Shown here: positions 40,671-46,029 of the stretch, in pieces | Layout: each line of letters starts with the position of its first letter | How positions within the stretch are numbered: the first letter of the stretch is position 1 | Virus record (IMG/VR): IMGVR_UViG_3300017527_000489 | Length of the DNA stretch: 46,029 bases | Reading direction: 5' to 3' (one strand) | Source: a virus | The notes under the pieces: model-generated | Databases searched by the model: none | What the model was told of the DNA's origin: nothing | The model's input: only the letters and a program-made list of their open reading frames with translations | Program-made: the position numbers and the translations under genes

Positions 40671-42023
40671 TTAACAGTTAGTTTTTCTATTGTTTTTGCT
40701 TCTCTCTGTAAATACGAGGTTTATCCATATTGCACGGTTTAAAACCTCAAACTCATTACCGCTTGAATCATTCATAACAACGGGTAATAATTCGTATCTA
40801 TAAGAGTGGTTATTTTTGTTGTAGTCACTTATGAATAGCTCGTTGCTGAATAGTATAAAGTCTCTCAATTCACGTGCCATGCATTCGGGTATGTTGTTCG
40901 CTTGGTAAACATATTCCTTGTTATTGGACATTGTTATCTGCCCTTCAAACATTTTAAGCCCTTTCTTTTGCGAGAATATTAGGTTTTCTTGTACCCATTT
41001 ATCCTGTGGGTTGCCAAAATATCCGCTTAGTCTCAAACTATGCTCAAAACCACTATCTTTAAAGTCTATGTCTACAGCCTCTAATTTACCATCTTGCTTA
41101 CAGTCTATCCTCGTTGTGCCGTTCGCCTTGTTAATAGTCCAGTTTTCAAGCTTGTAGCTAAATGGAGTATCTACATTAATTGCTATTCCTGCGATAGTCA
41201 CAACTTTTCTAAGTGTAAAAGTATCTTCGCCCCAAATGTTTAATATTTTGCGCCATTCTACCATGAAATACGAAAGCTCTGTATTAGTGTGTAATGGGTC
41301 AAAATCGTATAAAACTCCATGTGTTCCATCTACTAGCGCAACCGTTCCCATACTGCCAATTATTTGATAAATAACCGTATCGGCTGGTGTTTGTCGTTGG
41401 AAGTAGATAGTTGTAAAGTCGTTCATGTACGGGTCTGTGTCGCTTAATGATGCGAGGACTAGACCTTGGTTACAACATTCTGCATACCCTCTGTCTGGTG
41501 GTTCGTCTTTTGGCAGAGTAACCTTAACAGCGTAGCCAATTGTTCTCTCTTCAAATAGACAATTCTCGGCTGCAACTACTTCCTGGCAGTCGGAACATGT
41601 CGAGTAGGTTGCCGCAATTGTTAGAACTTCGTCGTAGGTGCTTATTAATTCGCTTACTATCCAGCATGTACATTCACCATCGAATCTTAATACATCACCT
41701 ATAGTTTGAGCAGCTACTAGTTTTACTTGTCGGTTGCTTTTAGGGTCTTGACAATTAGTAACTCTATACATTTTGTCAGCGTCAGGGTCTGCGCAACTAG
41801 TAAGCCGTGCCGCTAATAGTGGAGGCATCCACCCTGTAGACAAGCCCGAATTTAAGCCCAAACTAACTACTAAATAAGTCTCTGCCTGTGGTTGCCCAAC
41901 TATCGAAACTATCAAGCCTGAATAGTTACTAGGGGTCACAGGAACAGCCAACGAAACTATATCTGAATAGCTCGAAGGGTTACAACTTTGAAGCGTGTAT
42001 AGATATTTATCTGTGTCTGCCAT
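40671..42023 (-). CDS. Baseplate / tail protein with a Cys-rich N-terminal half
   Basis: 450 aa. About a dozen Cys in the first ~190 aa (TNCQDP, GECTCW, TCSDCQ, ECCNQG). Assigned by position in the tail module. Confidence 0.5.
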   Translation of the reverse strand: MADTDKYLYTLQSCNPSSYSDIVSLAVPVTPSNYSGLIVSIVGQPQAETYLVVSLGLNSGLSTGWMPPLLAARLTSCADPDADKMYRVTNCQDPKSNRQVKLVAAQTIGDVLRFDGECTCWIVSELISTYDEVLTIAATYSTCSDCQEVVAAENCLFEERTIGYAVKVTLPKDEPPDRGYAECCNQGLVLASLSDTDPYMNDFTTIYFQRQTPADTVIYQIIGSMGTVALVDGTHGVLYDFDPLHTNTELSYFMVEWRKILNIWGEDTFTLRKVVTIAGIAINVDTPFSYKLENWTINKANGTTRIDCKQDGKLEAVDIDFKDSGFEHSLRLSGYFGNPQDKWVQENLIFSQKKGLKMFEGQITMSNNKEYVYQANNIPECMARELRDFILFSNELFISDYNKNNHSYRYELLPVVMNDSSGNEFEVLNRAIWINLVFTERSKNNRKTNC

Positions 42024-44518
42024 TATTTACATCCTATTCTACCACTAGACTTGTATCTAGTAGCGTCTATTAATTTATTACTATCAATTCTACCCTCTAC
42101 AATTATTTTACTAGTAGATACCCAAGTAACCTCTGCTAGTGTTTTTGTAGGTATTGGAATTATCGGGTTATCGTTTTCTGGCAAATGCACACTAGACAAC
42201 TGTCTGAATGCTTTTTGCCCTGCTCCACCATCTACCTCAAAACAATTTACCCCGTAAACATTGGCATCAACAAACGCCTGATTTGCCCACGGTGTACCAG
42301 TAGAAGTGTATTCTATATCGTACCATACTGTTTCACCATCAATAATAACTCCTAAAGGTAAGCCGCTTATAGGGTCTGTACCCCCTAATAATTGCGCTCC
42401 TTTTACCCCGTTATTGTCTCTATACCATTTTATACTAGTTGAGATAGTACTGTTACTATTGTAGTCTAAAATAGTTAGGTTTCTTAGGTTTTGATACCTT
42501 ACTGCATTGCCATCTAAAGTAGCATCTATATTGACAAAGAATTTAAGCGACCATCCAGCGGTTTGATAATAGTGATACCAGTCATTATTTAACCCATCCT
42601 TTTTCTCTGTATTGTCATAAAAAGCACTAGGAACATTGAGGCGTTTTAGCCAGTCCTCCCAACGAATTTTAAAACCATACCAACCTAGTACACCTTTCAA
42701 AGTGCCACTATCTGCGGCTGCATTGTGGTCAACTTTTATCCAGTTCTTATCGTTTCCAGCCCCTAATTTAAAGCCTCTACTTGCATCAAAATTAAATTGT
42801 GTCGGGTCTGGGTAAACGGTTAAGTCTACCGTTGTATTATCTAGCACAAATTGGAAGTCATCACTATTTCTTTGTGCTAAAAAGCCGTAGCTAATAGCTG
42901 TAGGTATTGGGATTGTACTACTTACAGCCGTATCTATTTGGAATGCTATTTTAGCCAAAAAGTCGTCTTCAACATACATTGAATTACCGCAAACTATAGG
43001 AGTATCGGTATAAACCTGGGGATGGTCTGTAAAAGAAATATCTAACCCATCCCAAGAACCAATTACAACAGGTTCGGTTATCATTGTATTAAAGTCGAGT
43101 CGTAAACTTACCCTATCACCTAAGTTTGTATCAGGTGCTTGGTCTCCTACGCTTACCCAAAGAACGTATTTTCTTTCATTGTCGCTCAATGCATCCATAA
43201 AGGTCGTAAAGGCGGCAGAAGGTACAAAGGTCGCTGTGAATATAATATCACTACCGCTTTGAACGAAACTAATATCTTTAGCGTCCATTGTTGCCCCATC
43301 GTGGCTGTAACCCGTTCTTAGTGCTGCGTGAACAGTTGGAGAAACTGGGAATACATCGCCTAAACTTGCAGCTTGTGAACCTGTATTTACCTTGTAGTTT
43401 TCATGTACGGGGTAATTATTGCTTTTAAAGTCATCTTCATCTAGCGAATACCAAGCAAAGCCATATTGACAGCGAGAAGCACCCGAAACATTAGGTACAC
43501 CGCTTATCGTAGTTGTTACCGTTATGGGATTTGCATAGTCCAATTGGCTTACTATGTCTCCTGCGGCATTGGTATAAACAACGTCTGTATGAGTAAACAA
43601 GTTAGGCAGCTGGTTAAAGTTCTCGTCAAACCATCCTGTGTTACCTTTCTTTTGGGTTAATTTAGGGTCGTTCTTTATTCTTACATTTGGATTATTGTAG
43701 ACTGGCAGCCCTTCAATGAGATAGTTAGCTGTTAGGGCTTCTATTCCTTTTGCATTGTCAGGGGCTGTTTCATTTGTCATATCTCCAATACTTCCAAAAG
43801 GTGGCAGCATAAAGATAATAGCTATTTTATAATTATATCGGTGTCCATTTGCGCCTAAGTATTCGCATGTTACCAGTTCGGCACTCGTTCCACTTTTAAA
43901 GTTTAGTGAGTGGGTAAACTGAACAGGAGAAAGCATTGATAAAGCATGGGCGTTTTCTAGTACAAATTTAGTTATAGTTCCATCTAACGAGCTTGCCAAA
44001 GTTCCGCTTATAGACTGGCTATTGGTAGGCTGTCCAAAGGTGAAATTTATCCCTTGAGGTCTAGCATCTGACCAAACTATTACATTAGCTATCTCTTTGT
44101 CGCTATTCACCATAACAGGTGCTATTTGTCCAAAGTTATAGCCCCATGTTGTTTTAGGGCTTCCGAAAGCATCATTTGCATAGAGTGTGCTACCCGAAAC
44201 AGAGCCTACTACGAATGTAATAAGGTTTGTGGTTGAAGTTATTGAGCCGTTAGGGTTTGTTTGATACACAATAAATTTAAGCGTACAAGACATGCCAACA
44301 GCAAAACCGTGGTCTCTCCAGTTTGTACCATCATTTAATATCAACTCGTTGGGGTCGGATATTGTCAAAGAGGCTAATGGGCTAAAACGGTACTCAACAG
44401 CGAATTGACAAGTAAGCTCTAACTTTAGCCAGTCGCCTACGTTCCCTAATTGCCAGTTCGTAGAAGATGCTGGCTTAAAAGGGGTAATAAATTCTTCTGT
44501 TAATATCGTTACGCTCAT
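42023..44518 (-). CDS. Large tail / baseplate protein
   Basis: 831 aa, beta-rich, the largest distal-tail ORF. No motif recognised. Confidence 0.55.
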   Translation of the reverse strand: MSVTILTEEFITPFKPASSTNWQLGNVGDWLKLELTCQFAVEYRFSPLASLTISDPNELILNDGTNWRDHGFAVGMSCTLKFIVYQTNPNGSITSTTNLITFVVGSVSGSTLYANDAFGSPKTTWGYNFGQIAPVMVNSDKEIANVIVWSDARPQGINFTFGQPTNSQSISGTLASSLDGTITKFVLENAHALSMLSPVQFTHSLNFKSGTSAELVTCEYLGANGHRYNYKIAIIFMLPPFGSIGDMTNETAPDNAKGIEALTANYLIEGLPVYNNPNVRIKNDPKLTQKKGNTGWFDENFNQLPNLFTHTDVVYTNAAGDIVSQLDYANPITVTTTISGVPNVSGASRCQYGFAWYSLDEDDFKSNNYPVHENYKVNTGSQAASLGDVFPVSPTVHAALRTGYSHDGATMDAKDISFVQSGSDIIFTATFVPSAAFTTFMDALSDNERKYVLWVSVGDQAPDTNLGDRVSLRLDFNTMITEPVVIGSWDGLDISFTDHPQVYTDTPIVCGNSMYVEDDFLAKIAFQIDTAVSSTIPIPTAISYGFLAQRNSDDFQFVLDNTTVDLTVYPDPTQFNFDASRGFKLGAGNDKNWIKVDHNAAADSGTLKGVLGWYGFKIRWEDWLKRLNVPSAFYDNTEKKDGLNNDWYHYYQTAGWSLKFFVNIDATLDGNAVRYQNLRNLTILDYNSNSTISTSIKWYRDNNGVKGAQLLGGTDPISGLPLGVIIDGETVWYDIEYTSTGTPWANQAFVDANVYGVNCFEVDGGAGQKAFRQLSSVHLPENDNPIIPIPTKTLAEVTWVSTSKIIVEGRIDSNKLIDATRYKSSGRIGCK

Positions 44519-44820
44519 TTCTTAATTCTTAATGCGTTTAGTGCTTTTAGTTTCTGCTCTTTGGTCATGCTTGTACTCGTTTGTATTCGCTTGACTTGCA
44601 TAATTACCATAGCAACCTTGTTTTGTTCATGCGGTGTTAAATGCCCTATCTTGTCCATTACGCTATCCATTTGAGTAGCCGAATCCTTTATGGCTTTATT
44701 GAAGCTTTTAGTTGCTATCCATTGTTGCTCGGCAGCATCTAAAAGATACTTAGCTGTCTTAGCTTCTACATCTTTAGGGTCGGTGTTCTCTGCTATGTAT
44801 CTTGCTTTATCTTCGCTCAT
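44515..44820 (-). CDS. Hypothetical tail-module protein
   Basis: 101-aa helical ORF with 4-nt overlaps on both sides. Confidence 0.45.
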   Translation of the reverse strand: MSEDKARYIAENTDPKDVEAKTAKYLLDAAEQQWIATKSFNKAIKDSATQMDSVMDKIGHLTPHEQNKVAMVIMQVKRIQTSTSMTKEQKLKALNALRIKK

Positions 44821-45930
44821 TCTATAAACGTTACTTTTAATTTATCATCATAAACGCTTTCTATCTCATAACTTATTGTTGCGTGACCTTCTTCATACGA
44901 CCAATCAAGCTCTAATATCTTAACCTTGTTCCCTTCTGCGTCCTCAACTACATTATTATTTGATAAAGATACGAAATTTTCAAAACAAAAAGGTATTTGC
45001 TTATCCTTTACAATTAGTCGCTGTGCGTTCTTGTCCTTTATTGTTACGAAACTTTTGAGAAAATGGTACTTTTCCCATAGGTTTTTTGCACTTAATATTT
45101 CCCTTTGGTCTAAAGCTAGACTATTTCCAGCCATAACTACCATCTTAGGACGTGATGTAAAGTGACTAGACAAGTGCATTGCTCCAACTCTTGCAGAGAA
45201 TTGCCCAGCAAAAGAGTTAGGTTGTCCTAATTGACCGCTTAAAAAGTCCGCAGCTTGTAGGAATATCTTTAAAGCTTCCTCTATTACGGTTAGTTTATCT
45301 TTGCGAACCGCCATAGAAAGGGGAACATTTATTGTTTCTAAGCCTTTTATATTTACTAGTTCGGGGTTGGTTACGGTCTTTGGGGATGTGATAACTTGAT
45401 AAGCTCTACCTTGGCTATTGTCCAAAGTGTTCATATCTTGCTGGTCGGTATCCCAAAGAATCTCAAAGTTCGCCTTTATTGCGCTTGTATTTACTGTGTA
45501 TGGGTTTGTTAGGTCGGTTTGGTCGGTTAATGTGTCGGGCACAACATAACTAGAATTGTTATCCCAATAGTCCTCACGTTCAAACTCAAATACACCATCT
45601 CTAATTCTGTAGTCTGCATTAAACACACTACTATAAACCCGTATTGCGTCGCCTAAATTGTCTATACCATCCTCTTTAGTTGGTACTCCTGTTTCTACCC
45701 AAGACCCTGTATCTGCGCCCGTTGGAGGACTGCCGCCTTTATGCCCCTTCTTTGGAATTACTACCCATTTATTTGCGCTTGTGTCTATCGCATCTAGTAG
45801 GTCACTTTTAAGGGTATAGCCTAAGTAGTCGCACCCTTTTTGGAACAATTGGCGTACTGTCATGCCTAGATGGTAGCGTTTCTTAGGGGCTAATTGGTCA
45901 ATTATCTGTTCGGTTAGTTTTACTAGTGCT
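44817..45930 (-). CDS. C-terminal 371 codons of the wrap-around tail protein (N-terminal part at 689..1)
   Basis: The M of track ORF 44817..45998 is an internal TTG (Leu) of the longer gene. A hydrophobic segment IIAAVINLAVTVAYTVGIIVALV spans the junction. Confidence 0.8.
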
Positions 45931-46029
45931 ACTATTATTCCAACAGTATAGGCGACTGTGACTGCTAAATTTATCACGGCTGCTATAATATCCCCCAAAT
46001 CCCAAGCGGTAACAGCGCCAGCACCTAAG
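45931..46029. repeat. 99-bp terminal direct repeat, identical to 1..99
   Basis: Read directly. Confidence 0.95.

Noticed and set aside
1-46029. Lysogeny module, diversity-generating retroelement, retron, toxin-antitoxin pair, or tRNA/tmRNA genes
   Set aside because: No integrase or recombinase motifs, no reverse-transcriptase motifs, no template/variable repeat pair in tail genes, and no recognisable toxin domains were found. Absence is based on motif reading only and should be confirmed with HMM searches.

Overview
The window appears to be one complete tailed dsDNA phage genome. Bases 1-99 are identical to 45931-46029, so the unique length is 45,930 nt, and a tail gene reads in frame through that junction. 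All calls come from reading the sequence and recognising motifs; no database search was run.

Layout:
- Leftward (minus-strand) early, replication and anti-restriction-like block, 31373 down to 19378: VRR-NUC nuclease, HNH homing endonuclease, GH73-like endolysin, SNF2-helicase::N6/N4-methyltransferase fusion, miniature C5-methyltransferase, acidic 182-aa protein, GIY-YIG nuclease, replication initiator with internal iteron-like repeats, DnaB helicase.
- Plus-strand three-gene membrane-protein cassette, 17584-19298, facing an Arc-like RHH gene across a palindrome-rich switch region.
- Minus-strand packaging, head and tail operon, running from 17500 down through base 1 and wrapping to 37610: TerS, TerL, portal, scaffold, capsid, LamG-bearing candidate tail protein, gpG/gpGT-type chaperone with an A10 -1 slippery run, tape measure, baseplate and fibre proteins, holin-like genes.
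- Rightward (plus-strand) early block, 31522-37575: Rad52-like annealase, YopX, AP2-like and wHTH-like small proteins, many small unknown ORFs.

Promoter-like motifs (TTGCxx-N17-TAnnTTTG) and A/C-rich leaders without Shine-Dalgarno sequences suggest a Bacteroidota (Flavobacteriia-like) host. I found no tRNA, CRISPR array, integrase, reverse transcriptase or DNA polymerase.

Most interesting observations:
- Three promoter-proximal structured leaders with terminators (L1 16112-16324, L2 24154-24362, L3 27998-28201). L3 has an apical loop that is 10-nt complementary to the start region of the helicase-methylase gene.
- The methylase and nuclease island, flanked by a decayed gene duplication.
- The RHH-controlled opposite-strand membrane cassette.
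- Iterons inside the initiator gene.
- Three consecutive distal-tail proteins sharing one N-terminal module.
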